From Patescibacteria group bacterium (GTDB lineage Bacteria; Patescibacteriota; Patescibacteriia; UBA1558; GWA2-36-10), in NCBI GenBank assembly GCA_041662585.1, contig JBAZSG010000004.1, positions 18,173 through 82,172 of the forward strand: a stretch of 64,000 bases of DNA, given 5' to 3'. This document shows, piece after piece, positions 7,948-17,217 of the stretch (position 1 is its first letter; each line of letters opens with the position of its first letter). Below the pieces are notes generated by a model, which saw nothing but the letters and a program-made list of their open reading frames with translations, had not been told where the DNA came from and did not search any database. The translations under genes were made by a program, and so were the position numbers.

Positions 7948-9591
7948 ATGGAAAAATTACTTAGTAAAGAAATAGTTAGTTTTCTAATAAATAAAGAAAT
8001 AGATATTGCTAAAAAAATTCGTAAAGACAATAGAGTTTCTAAGAGTTCGAACGAAGCTTATGCCTTTATAATATCAGTATTAAGAAAAACAATTTCTGAG
8101 TCTATAACAGAAAGTAAGTTAAAAGAAATTATATTTGATGGTAAGGATGAATGTGGTTTTGATGTTATTAATATAACACCAAGAAGGATAGAGATTTATG
8201 ATTTTAAAGATACTAATTCATCATTTTCTGAACATGAAGTCTATCCGTTTTTAGAAAAAATATTAAATTTTATATTTAAAGAAGAGACACTTCCTAGTAA
8301 GATGTCTTTTTTAGTAAAAAATAGAATTAAACAAATCATAAAAATAATAGATTCTAAAAAAATAAAAGTGAGAATATATTTTGTCAGAAATGGTTTTAAT
8401 AATCCAGAAGATTGGCTTATAGCTGGCGCTAATAAAAAAATTAAGAAAGAAAATATAGAAATAAAGTATATTAATCAAAAGGATATAATTTCTGATGTTT
8501 ATGAAAATAATCAAGTGCAGGATTTAGAATTTAATTTTAATGTTGATAAGAATAATTTAGAAGATTATTTCTTATATAAACATAGTAAAATTTTAATAAC
8601 AAGAGTCAATATAAAATATTTATTAAAAGGGTTAGTTAAGGAGTCTAATTTAAAAAATTATAATTTATACCATGATAATGTGAGAGGATTTTTAGGTAAA
8701 AAAGAACCTTCCAAGGGGATGCTAGTTACAATCAAAGATTATAAAAAAGATTTTCACCTTTTTCATAACGGAATAACTTTAGCTTGTCAAAAAATTAAAA
8801 ATGTTAGAGTGCTGGGGGGCAGTTTTGCTGTAACTAATCCACAAGTTTTAAATGGTTGTCAAACTTTAGAAACTTTGTATGAAAAATATTTAGATAATCT
8901 AGATGATAAATTATTAGAGGAGGCTAGTATATTGTGTCGTTTTTTTGTATTAGATTCTAAAAAAGCATTAAAAGTATGTCAATCTTCTAATACTCAAAAT
9001 AAAATTGATTCGTGGGAATTAAGGTCTAATGATAAGGAGCAAAAATTAATTGAGTATTATTTAAATAATACTTTAAAACAAAACTTTGAGTATAAAAGAA
9101 AAAGCGGAAAAAGCAAAAGTGGTAATGTATCTTTACCAGAGTTAGGCCAATGGTTGTATGCAGCAATTTTTGAAAAACCAGCTGAAGCCAAGAATAAGAA
9201 AACAGAAATTTTTCAAATAGATATTGATAAATCAATTTATGAACAAATATATCAAACATCAAAAGTAAAACCAGTAGATTTGATTAGGATTTGTGAAATA
9301 GGAGTTTTTTTGAAAAAGGCTAAAAAAGAGAAAGAGGTTATTAAGAGAACGGAGATCAAGGGTCTAGATAAGGAGACAGAGTTATCTTTAATTCGTAGTG
9401 CAGATTTTCATATACTTTCATCTTTTTACTATACAAAAAATAAATTGAATGACGAAAATTTACAAGCTTTAGTTAATAAAATATATAAGGTAGTTAAGAA
9501 AATTCAAAAAGAAAAAGAAGGTGACTATGATATAAAGAGAATTTTTACTCAAGATTTAACAACCTGGAGTAAAATAAAGAAAATTTTATAA
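7948..9591 (+). CDS. AIPR-family (abortive infection phage resistance) protein
   Basis: NVRGFLG, FHLFHNGITLAC, PQVLNGCQT, SNTQN motifs; this family is commonly found next to restriction-modification loci. Confidence 0.8.
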   Translation: MEKLLSKEIVSFLINKEIDIAKKIRKDNRVSKSSNEAYAFIISVLRKTISESITESKLKEIIFDGKDECGFDVINITPRRIEIYDFKDTNSSFSEHEVYPFLEKILNFIFKEETLPSKMSFLVKNRIKQIIKIIDSKKIKVRIYFVRNGFNNPEDWLIAGANKKIKKENIEIKYINQKDIISDVYENNQVQDLEFNFNVDKNNLEDYFLYKHSKILITRVNIKYLLKGLVKESNLKNYNLYHDNVRGFLGKKEPSKGMLVTIKDYKKDFHLFHNGITLACQKIKNVRVLGGSFAVTNPQVLNGCQTLETLYEKYLDNLDDKLLEEASILCRFFVLDSKKALKVCQSSNTQNKIDSWELRSNDKEQKLIEYYLNNTLKQNFEYKRKSGKSKSGNVSLPELGQWLYAAIFEKPAEAKNKKTEIFQIDIDKSIYEQIYQTSKVKPVDLIRICEIGVFLKKAKKEKEVIKRTEIKGLDKETELSLIRSADFHILSSFYYTKNKLNDENLQALVNKIYKVVKKIQKEKEGDYDIKRIFTQDLTTWSKIKKIL

Positions 9592-9617
9592 AATAAAGCA
9601 CTGAAATCAAACCAAGC

Positions 9618-9678
9618 TTAAATCAAAAAACTAAGTAATGTATTAACCCCCGCGAAAGCGGGGGTTTTTAAAAAGACA
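9618..9678 (+). repeat. ~60-bp direct repeat copy 1 containing a terminator hairpin
   Basis: TTAAATCAAAAAACTAAG.AATGTATTA.CCCCCGCGAAAGCGGGGGTTTT..AAAAGACA recurs at 10335-10394. Confidence 0.9.
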
Positions 9679-9770
9679 AGGTGAATCGCGAAGCGAGGGA
9701 GGGTGGCCTGGGCCATGTAAATAAATAAGGATTTTTGATATAATGGATATATAAAATTTAAATTCAATTT

Positions 9771-10325
9771 ATGAAAAAAGTACAGCAAATAAAAAATTTA
9801 ATTAAAAATGAATGTGCCAAAGGGCCAATAGATGATTGGTTTTACTCAACATACTTATTGGGTGTAGAAAAATTTGCCAAATGGCTACTAGCTAGACTAC
9901 CAAAAGCAAACAAAGAAGTAGTCATGCTAGGAGTTTGGCTTCATGATTTACAGAGGATAAAAGGCATCAAAGGCAATCATCAAGAAGTGGGCGCTAAGGA
10001 AGCCGAAAAAGTAATGATAAAATTTGCTTATGATAATAAAACAATTAATCAAGTAAAAAATATAATCCTTAGTCATTCTTGTAGTAGTAAAAAGCCAAAT
10101 ACTTTGGAAGGAAAGATTTTGGCTAGTGCCGATGCCATGTCTCATTATCATAATGATTTTTTCTTACAAATTGCTGTAACTGGTCAAAGAAATTTAGAAG
10201 AATATAAAAAATGGGTATTAGAAAAATTAAATAGAAATTATAATGTAAAAATTTGTTTTCCTTTTGCCAAAAAATCTATAAAGGCAAGGCATGATTTATT
10301 TAAAAAGGTTTTTACCATGAAGTAG
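9771..10325 (+). CDS. HD-domain protein
   Basis: WLHDL, H...GA..A, ILSHS, ASADAMSH. Confidence 0.75.
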   Translation: MKKVQQIKNLIKNECAKGPIDDWFYSTYLLGVEKFAKWLLARLPKANKEVVMLGVWLHDLQRIKGIKGNHQEVGAKEAEKVMIKFAYDNKTINQVKNIILSHSCSSKKPNTLEGKILASADAMSHYHNDFFLQIAVTGQRNLEEYKKWVLEKLNRNYNVKICFPFAKKSIKARHDLFKKVFTMK

Positions 10326-10334
10326 TAAATAGAT

Positions 10335-10394
10335 TTAAATCAAAAAACTAAGCAATGTATTACCCCCGCGAAAGCGGGGGTTTTAAAAAAGACA
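10335..10394 (+). repeat. ~60-bp direct repeat copy 2 containing a terminator hairpin
   Basis: Near-identical to 9618-9678; followed by a second hairpin at 10391-10416. Confidence 0.9.
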
Positions 10395-10453
10395 CCCGAT
10401 ACGCCACTCGGGTGTTGTTTCTTTATTTGATGGTTTTTTGGTATAATAACTCT

Positions 10454-10927
10454 ATGGAAAATCAAAATAAACCCTACAATCCAGCCAATGATTCAATAAA
10501 ACAACTTTGGACATACGATAAACGTCTAGATAGATATTTAGTAATTTTACAGACAGTCTTTACGCTGACTTTTTCATACAGGGCTCATATTTGGGGTTTA
10601 TTTGTGTTTATAGCTTTTGTATGTTTTTTCTTAGTTCCTCTTATCTACTTCAGTAAATTTGCTAAGGGGTGGTTCTTAAACAAAAAACTTTATGAGCTTG
10701 TAAGAGAACAAAAAATACCAGCCTGGATTCCAAGAAGGCGTATAAGAACTTGGGTTATCTGGCTTATAATTGGAAATCCAGTTACATGGATGTTTTTTGC
10801 AGCTACGGTTGCTACAGCTTCGCAGGCATTACCAATCTTTGTGTCATTAATTTTAGCTATACCTTGGTATTTACTTGAACGTTTGCATAAGAAAGAAGAG
10901 CCTTATCTTGCACCTTATATAAAATAA
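10454..10927 (+). CDS. Hypothetical membrane protein (start reassigned to 10454)
   Basis: About four hydrophobic segments; the longer ORF runs through terminator hairpins; TATAAT lies 6 nt before ATG 10454. Confidence 0.65.
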   Translation: MENQNKPYNPANDSIKQLWTYDKRLDRYLVILQTVFTLTFSYRAHIWGLFVFIAFVCFFLVPLIYFSKFAKGWFLNKKLYELVREQKIPAWIPRRRIRTWVIWLIIGNPVTWMFFAATVATASQALPIFVSLILAIPWYLLERLHKKEEPYLAPYIK

Positions 10928-10943
10928 ACTTAAAAATAAAATT

Positions 10944-11417
10944 ATGAAAGTAAAACCAATAAAACTATCAGCAGCTATACTAATGTCTTTAGCCGCTGGA
11001 GCTATAGGCTCAGCCTTTACTTTTACCGGCATAGATTCTTGGTATCAATATCTCAACAAACCAAGCTTCAATCCACCTTCTTGGATATTTGGTCCAGTCT
11101 GGACCACACTATATATTTTGATGGGTATAGCTTTGTATTTGATTTGGCAAGAAGGACTTAAAAAAGCCTTTGTTAAAAACTCTTTTATATTGTTTATAGT
11201 CAATCTAGTTTTAAATTCTCTCTGGTCTATTACTTTCTTTGGTTTACAAAATCCAGCTTTGGCATTTTTGGTGATTGTCTTGCTCTGGATTACTATCTTG
11301 GTACTTATCATTCGTTTCTATAGGATAAACAAACTAGCATCTTATCTACTGATACCATATCTATTATGGGTTAGTTTTGCTAGTGTGTTAAATTTTAGTA
11401 TTTGGCAGTTGAATTAA
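10944..11417 (+). CDS. tspO: TspO/MBR family tryptophan-rich sensory protein, copy 1
   Basis: WYQYLNKPSFNPPSWIFGPVWTTLY, LLIPYLLWVSFA..LN. Confidence 0.92.
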   Translation: MKVKPIKLSAAILMSLAAGAIGSAFTFTGIDSWYQYLNKPSFNPPSWIFGPVWTTLYILMGIALYLIWQEGLKKAFVKNSFILFIVNLVLNSLWSITFFGLQNPALAFLVIVLLWITILVLIIRFYRINKLASYLLIPYLLWVSFASVLNFSIWQLN

Positions 11418-11440
11418 TAATTATACTAATAATCATAGAT

Positions 11441-11603
11441 AAAATGCAGCAATAAAATAGCCTAAAGTATAGGGTTTTTATGTATTTTTATTAAAAATGC
11501 AGCAATTCGCTTGAAAAAATGACGCAATGAAATAGCTTAAAATATGGGGTTTTTATATATTTTTATTAAAAATGACGCAATTCGCTTGAAAAAATGACGC
11601 AAT
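11441..11603 (+). promoter_or_regulatory. Tandem ~75-bp duplication with five AAAATG(CA/AC)GCAAT boxes; probable operator array and promoter of the Fic gene
   Basis: The last box lies in the spacer of TTGAAA(11586)-17 bp-TAAAGT(11609). Confidence 0.65.
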
Positions 11604-11620
11604 GATGATAAAGTATACTT

Positions 11621-12658
11621 ATGAATAAAAGACAGAAACAAATTATAGAATTTGCTAGGAAAAATGATTCTTTTCAAAATAAAGATTTAGTTATTTTTTT
11701 TGACGATAAATATTCTAGAGAAACAATAACTAGAGATTTATCTTTTTTGTGTAAGCAGAATTTTTTGCGTAAAAGCGGTGCTGGAGCGTTTGTAACTTAT
11801 TCTTTGTCTGAAGTTTATGGAATTTTAGAGAAGGTTAATATCAAAAAATATTTTGATATTCCATACTTAAAAAGAGAAGTAAGGGAAAGTTTTAATTTTG
11901 AAATACTAGATGTCTTGGAGAAGGATATTTTTACAGCTGAGGAAAAAACAAAACTAGAAAATTTACAAAAAGATTTTATTGGCAATTTCTCAAAATATGA
12001 TAGTCAAACTCTTATTAACAAAGAATTTGAAAGAATAATGATTGAATTTTCTTGGAAATCTTCAGTAATTGAAGGCAACACTTATTCACTTTTAGGTACT
12101 GAAGCTTTGATTAAGAATAATGTGATAGGAGAAGGCAAGACAGATAAAGAAACTCAAATGATTTTGAATCATAAGGATGCTTTTAATGAAGCTATTCAGA
12201 ATAAAGAAAGATTTAAAAAATTACATGTTTCTGATATTGAATATATTCATTCAGTTTTAACTAAAAAACTCGGAATTTCTAAAAATATAAGAAACGGAGC
12301 AGTTGGAGTCACTGGTACAAAGTATAAGCCTCTAGATAATGAGTATCAGATCAAAGAAGTGATGAAAAAAATGGTTGATCTCATTAATAAAAAAGAATCT
12401 TTTTTTGAAAAAGCTTTTTTGGTATTAATTCTTATCTCTTATATACAAATTTTTGAAGATGGAAACAAAAGAACCTCTCGTATGATTTCTAATGCTATTT
12501 TATTGGCACATAACTCAATACCACTCTCTTATAGAATCGTAGATGTTGAGGAATATAAAAAAGCTGTTATATTATTTTATGAAATAAATAACGTTTCTTA
12601 TTTTAAACAGATATTTATTAATCAGTTTGAAGATGCCGTTAATAATTATTTTAAATAG
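11621..12658 (+). CDS. Fic-family protein with N-terminal winged HTH
   Basis: SSVIEGN inhibitory-type motif; non-canonical Fic motif IQIFEDGNKRTSR; SRETITRDL HTH. Confidence 0.88.
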   Translation: MNKRQKQIIEFARKNDSFQNKDLVIFFDDKYSRETITRDLSFLCKQNFLRKSGAGAFVTYSLSEVYGILEKVNIKKYFDIPYLKREVRESFNFEILDVLEKDIFTAEEKTKLENLQKDFIGNFSKYDSQTLINKEFERIMIEFSWKSSVIEGNTYSLLGTEALIKNNVIGEGKTDKETQMILNHKDAFNEAIQNKERFKKLHVSDIEYIHSVLTKKLGISKNIRNGAVGVTGTKYKPLDNEYQIKEVMKKMVDLINKKESFFEKAFLVLILISYIQIFEDGNKRTSRMISNAILLAHNSIPLSYRIVDVEEYKKAVILFYEINNVSYFKQIFINQFEDAVNNYFK

Positions 12659-12710
12659 TGTCTATAGATAAAGTATAGACAAGATCATATCTTTTAATTA
12701 GTGATAACTT

Positions 12711-12737
12711 AAAAACTACTCTAGTGAGTAGTTTTTT
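12711..12737 (+). terminator. Terminator hairpin, near-identical to 17114-17140
   Basis: AAAAACTACTC-TAGT-GAGTAGTTTTTT. Confidence 0.75.
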
Positions 12738-12751
12738 GATATAATAACCAT

Positions 12752-13197
12752 ATGAACAAACTATGTCCTATAACAAAACCATATAAGACAGCTAAGCTAA
12801 AGGTATCTAAATTACACACTCTTTATTATGAGCAAGTAGGTAATCCACAAGGAGTGCCTCTGGTATATTTACTATGAGTAAATGGGAATTAGATTGGTTG
12901 CATAATGATAAGGCTAAGATGTTTTATCCTGATGCTTGGCAAGTATATTCTGCTGGTCTAAAGAAAAATCAAACAAGTAATTTGATAGAGGTATTTTATA
13001 AGAAAGTATTTTCAAAAGTTATAATCCAAGGACGTTATGATATGATTTGTCCACCTATTACTGCTTGGAAGCTTCATGAGACTTGGACAAAGGCAGATTT
13101 TGAGATGATAGAAGCTTCAGGGCATCATTCTAGTGAAAAGAATAATATAGATGTTATTATAAAATATACTAATAAGATGTTGAGATATAAAATTTAA
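12752..13197 (+). pseudogene. pip: Proline iminopeptidase remnant with internal deletions and a frameshift
   Basis: 12752 encodes MNKLCPITKPY..LHTLYYEQVGNPQGVPLVYLL*; the 12874 ORF has ELDWL..FYPDAW and IIQGRYDMICPP..SGH; the HGGPG and GxSWG regions are absent. Confidence 0.8.
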
Positions 13198-13206
13198 TTT
13201 AAAACT

Positions 13207-16200
13207 ATGTACAAAACTCAAACATTAACTAAAACATCAGTTTCTATTAAAGAAAAAATTGCTATTGGTGTTGGACTATTAGCCATTAGCTTTATTGGTT
13301 TCAACTTTATTTTTTCATTATTTGGTGAAGTATTAGAGCCAGTAAAAAAAATAGTAATATCAAAGCCACAAACTATAGTTAACAATAATGTATATAGTAT
13401 ATATCCAGTTTTTGAAAAAAAGTATGTAGAAGATGAAATTATAATTAAAATTGCAGATAAGGTAAGTAAAGAAACTATTGAGTCTGTGATAATGACAGAT
13501 CTTACAAACTTATCTCCAAAACAAATAAATTTTAGTTTGAGCGAAACAGATAAAGAGTCTGTATTGCTAAAACCTGTATTTTCTCATTTTAAAAATAAAG
13601 AATTAGGATTTAAATATGATCTTGATAAATTTTATTATATAAAAAATTTAAGCACGGATGAAGATCAATTGATAAAGGATTTACAAAAAACAAATAACTA
13701 TGAATATGTTGGACGTTTAGTAGAACCTCAAACTTTTTTTACGCCAAATGATACATTTTATAACAAGCAATGGTTTCTTAATAATACTGGACAAAGTGAT
13801 TTAATAAACTATGTACCGCCAGCAATATCAGGTTTTGATATAAATGCTCCAGAAGCTTGGGATACTACACAAGGTTCCAGTGATATTATTATTGCTTTTA
13901 ATGAATTGACACAACCTAATCATCCGGATTTAGTAAATAATATGTGGGTTAATGATGATGCTCCTGGTGATAAAAATAGTGATGGTTGTCCTGGAGTATG
14001 TGGAATTGATGATGATGGTGATGGCCTGATTGATGAAGATAGATTAGATAATGAACCAGGGGATATGGGGTATTTAAATGATTTAGTCAATGACGATGAT
14101 GAAAATGGATATCCAGACGATATTCATGGTTGGAATTTTACGACAAACTCAGGAGATGTTTATAGTGAGTATGCTCAACACGGCATGGGTGTTCATGGTT
14201 TGTTAGCAGCGCAAGGAAACAATTCATTAGGAGTAAGTGGAGTATGTCCACAGTGTAAAGTTATGTCGATTGGTTCTGAATGGGGAGCTGAATCAATAAT
14301 AGCAGCACCTGTTTACGCAGTTGATAATGGTGCTAGGATTTTAAGTATGAGCTATTTAACAACAGATGATCCAGCTTTGCATGCAGCAGTGCAATACGCA
14401 TATGAGGCTGGATTATTAATGTTTGGTGCCTCTGGTAACTCTAATATCTCAACGGAAGCTCTTTATCCAACTTTTTATTCAGAAGTATTAGCGATTACCG
14501 CTGCTGATCAGTTTGGTTGGAAAGCTCCTTGGAGTGTTTTTGGTCCAAAAACAGAACTTATGGCTCCTGGAAGTGAAATATTATCAACCACAGTTAATGA
14601 TCAGTATGCATATTTTGGCGGTACCTCTGGCGCAACACCCGTTGTGGCTGGTATCGCAGGATTAGTTTTTTCGGCAAATCCTTTACTGACAGCACATGAT
14701 GTAAAAAATATATTACGTACTACAGCACAGCCATATAAATCTTGGTTTTATGCAGGTGTAGGTATGGTTGACACAGAAGCGGCAGTACAACTTGCGCAAT
14801 ATTCTAATACACCAAGAGTAGAGATAAATGATCCACTACAAAGCACAGTAATAGCAAATAGCGACACCTCTTATAATATAAGAGGTAGTGCCAACGGAGA
14901 TAAATTTGTATCGTATGATCTAGTATATGGTAGAGGAATGTTTCCTTCGGATTGGACGTATATTGTGCAATCTAGTAATAATCAAGTAGCGGACAATGTA
15001 TTAGGAATATTTGATGTTAGCAGTGTAGGGGCTGGGTATTATACGGTTGAATTACGAGTTACTTCATCAGACGGAATAGAATATACAGATAAAATAGTTT
15101 TGTATAAACAACATGCATTTGATCAATCTTGGCCAATAGAACTTAGCGCAGGAGGGCTTAAAGAATCATTAGGTATATTTGATATTTTAGATGATAACAA
15201 TCCAGAGTTTTTGGTTGCAGATTATGATTCAAATAACATTGAAATATATTCTATTAATGGTTCTCTTGTAACTAGTACAGATATAGATAGTGCAGTAATT
15301 AATAGTCCAACTTTTGTAGTACAAGGGGATGTAACTTGTGATGGTAATAAAGACACAATAGTAGTGACAAAAAAAAATTGGCCATCTATTCCTTTAATAT
15401 ATATTTATGATAAAAGTGGAAATAAAATTAGAGAATTTGAAGTACCTGGCATAACAATACTCAGTTATAATTTTTCAAACGTCGCATTAGGTGATATTAA
15501 TGGTGATGGCTGTGATGAAATAGTTATTAAAACAGCAGAATCAATTTTAGTTGTGGATGGTAATGGCATAAATCTTGGTTCTAAAGATTATTCATTATTA
15601 CAAATGGGATCCCCAGCAATATTTGATATTAATAATGATGGCACTAATGAAATATTATTTTCCTCAAATGAAGGAATTGATTGTTTAACATATTCAAATT
15701 CAGCTTTATCAATGTGTCCTGGACAATGGCCTTATTATATAGATGGTTATCCGGGAGTAGCTACAATAGTGGTTGATTTGGATTCCGATAATGTTTTTGA
15801 AATTGTTAATTTTGCCTTTTCTATACAAATATTAGAATTAAATGGAACGCTTATTAACGATATTCAAATACCAAGACTTATACCTACTATGGGAAACAAT
15901 GAAACATTTATCACTGGATTTGCAATTGGCGATATTAATAATGATCAGCAATATGAAATAATTTTTACTCGAGATTCAAGATTTGGAAATGTAATGAATG
16001 GCGAGGAGCAAAATATATATGCCTATACATTACAAGGAGCTCTTATTGATGGGTGGCCACAAAAATCTGAAGCATCTGGTAATAGTAAGGTTGCTATTCG
16101 AATTGATGATTTAGATGGAGACGGTATTAATGATATTTTATATGAGCAAAATAATCGTATTTTTGCTTTTCATGGTGATGGAAGTGTTGTGAATAGCTTT

Positions 16201-16623
16201 CCTCGCCAAATGTCAAATTTTGAAAATAGTCAGGAAATAGATATTTATTTATGGGATGATAAGCAAGGCTCCGAGTTATTTCTTTATTCTTTTGTAAGAT
16301 TTGGGGACTTATCTAGGATTACTAAAAATACATTTTCAAGTAATGATTCTATAGGTACATGGCAATTACCTTTTGCGAATAGGCAATCTTCAATGACTCT
16401 ACCAAGTATGTATGTTCAGCCAATGTGTTCAGATGGTACAGCCTATAATAAGTGCAATGATAGTGCTCAATATTGTGATGAAGGTCGGCTTATATCACGT
16501 TGTGATTTATGTAATAAAGGTTGTTTAGATGGTTATGATTGTATATCAGGCCAATGTTGTCAGAAAATAGAAGGTCAATATGAGTGTGATATAGCCACAG
16601 AGCAGTTTGATTTAAAATATTAA
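13207..16623 (+). CDS. Membrane-anchored S8 (subtilase) protease with FG-GAP-like repeats and a Cys-rich tail
   Basis: DDDENGYPDDIHGWNF, HG, GGTSGATPVVAG; GDINGDG-type repeats; N-terminal transmembrane segment. Confidence 0.88.
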   Translation: MYKTQTLTKTSVSIKEKIAIGVGLLAISFIGFNFIFSLFGEVLEPVKKIVISKPQTIVNNNVYSIYPVFEKKYVEDEIIIKIADKVSKETIESVIMTDLTNLSPKQINFSLSETDKESVLLKPVFSHFKNKELGFKYDLDKFYYIKNLSTDEDQLIKDLQKTNNYEYVGRLVEPQTFFTPNDTFYNKQWFLNNTGQSDLINYVPPAISGFDINAPEAWDTTQGSSDIIIAFNELTQPNHPDLVNNMWVNDDAPGDKNSDGCPGVCGIDDDGDGLIDEDRLDNEPGDMGYLNDLVNDDDENGYPDDIHGWNFTTNSGDVYSEYAQHGMGVHGLLAAQGNNSLGVSGVCPQCKVMSIGSEWGAESIIAAPVYAVDNGARILSMSYLTTDDPALHAAVQYAYEAGLLMFGASGNSNISTEALYPTFYSEVLAITAADQFGWKAPWSVFGPKTELMAPGSEILSTTVNDQYAYFGGTSGATPVVAGIAGLVFSANPLLTAHDVKNILRTTAQPYKSWFYAGVGMVDTEAAVQLAQYSNTPRVEINDPLQSTVIANSDTSYNIRGSANGDKFVSYDLVYGRGMFPSDWTYIVQSSNNQVADNVLGIFDVSSVGAGYYTVELRVTSSDGIEYTDKIVLYKQHAFDQSWPIELSAGGLKESLGIFDILDDNNPEFLVADYDSNNIEIYSINGSLVTSTDIDSAVINSPTFVVQGDVTCDGNKDTIVVTKKNWPSIPLIYIYDKSGNKIREFEVPGITILSYNFSNVALGDINGDGCDEIVIKTAESILVVDGNGINLGSKDYSLLQMGSPAIFDINNDGTNEILFSSNEGIDCLTYSNSALSMCPGQWPYYIDGYPGVATIVVDLDSDNVFEIVNFAFSIQILELNGTLINDIQIPRLIPTMGNNETFITGFAIGDINNDQQYEIIFTRDSRFGNVMNGEEQNIYAYTLQGALIDGWPQKSEASGNSKVAIRIDDLDGDGINDILYEQNNRIFAFHGDGSVVNSFPRQMSNFENSQEIDIYLWDDKQGSELFLYSFVRFGDLSRITKNTFSSNDSIGTWQLPFANRQSSMTLPSMYVQPMCSDGTAYNKCNDSAQYCDEGRLISRCDLCNKGCLDGYDCISGQCCQKIEGQYECDIATEQFDLKY

Positions 16624-16632
16624 ATTAAAAAT

Positions 16633-17100
16633 ATGAAAATAATAAAACTATCAGCAGCTATACTAATGTCTCTAGCCGCTGGAGCTATAGGTTCAGCCTT
16701 TACTTTTACAGGAATAGATTCTTGGTATCAATATCTCAACAAACCAAGCTTCAATCCACCTTCTTGGATATTTGGTCCAGTCTGGACCACACTATATATT
16801 TTGATGGGTATAGCTTTGTATTTGATTTGGCAAGAAGGACTTAAAAAAGCCTTTGTCAAAAACTCTTTTATATTGTTTGTAGTCAATCTAGTCTTAAATT
16901 CTCTCTGGTCTATTGCTTTCTTTGGTTTACAAAATCCAGCTTTGGCATTTTTGGTGATTGTCTTACTATGGGTTAGTATATTAGTACTTATCATTCGTTT
17001 CTATAGGATAAATAAACTAGCTTCTTATCTACTAATACCATATCTACTATGGGTTAGTTTTGCTAGTGTTTTAAACTTTAGTATTTGGCAGTTGAATTAA
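16633..17100 (+). CDS. tspO: TspO/MBR family protein, copy 2
   Basis: Near-identical in DNA and protein to 10944-11417. Confidence 0.92.
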   Translation: MKIIKLSAAILMSLAAGAIGSAFTFTGIDSWYQYLNKPSFNPPSWIFGPVWTTLYILMGIALYLIWQEGLKKAFVKNSFILFVVNLVLNSLWSIAFFGLQNPALAFLVIVLLWVSILVLIIRFYRINKLASYLLIPYLLWVSFASVLNFSIWQLN

Positions 17101-17113
17101 AGGTATAGAAGAT

Positions 17114-17140
17114 AAAAACTACTCTAGCGAGTAGTTTTTT
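17114..17140 (+). terminator. Terminator hairpin after tspO copy 2
   Basis: AAAAACTACTC-TAGC-GAGTAGTTTTTT. Confidence 0.78.
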
Positions 17141-17217
17141 GGTATAAAAATAGTCGGATGACAGGGACAAGAATAAACTTGTATATCATCCGACTATTGG
17201 ATTGTAGGCCAAGTTGT

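Noticed and set aside
3751-9591. Retron or other reverse-transcriptase system suggested by RNase H plus a structured RNA
   Set aside because: No reverse transcriptase motifs found in the window.
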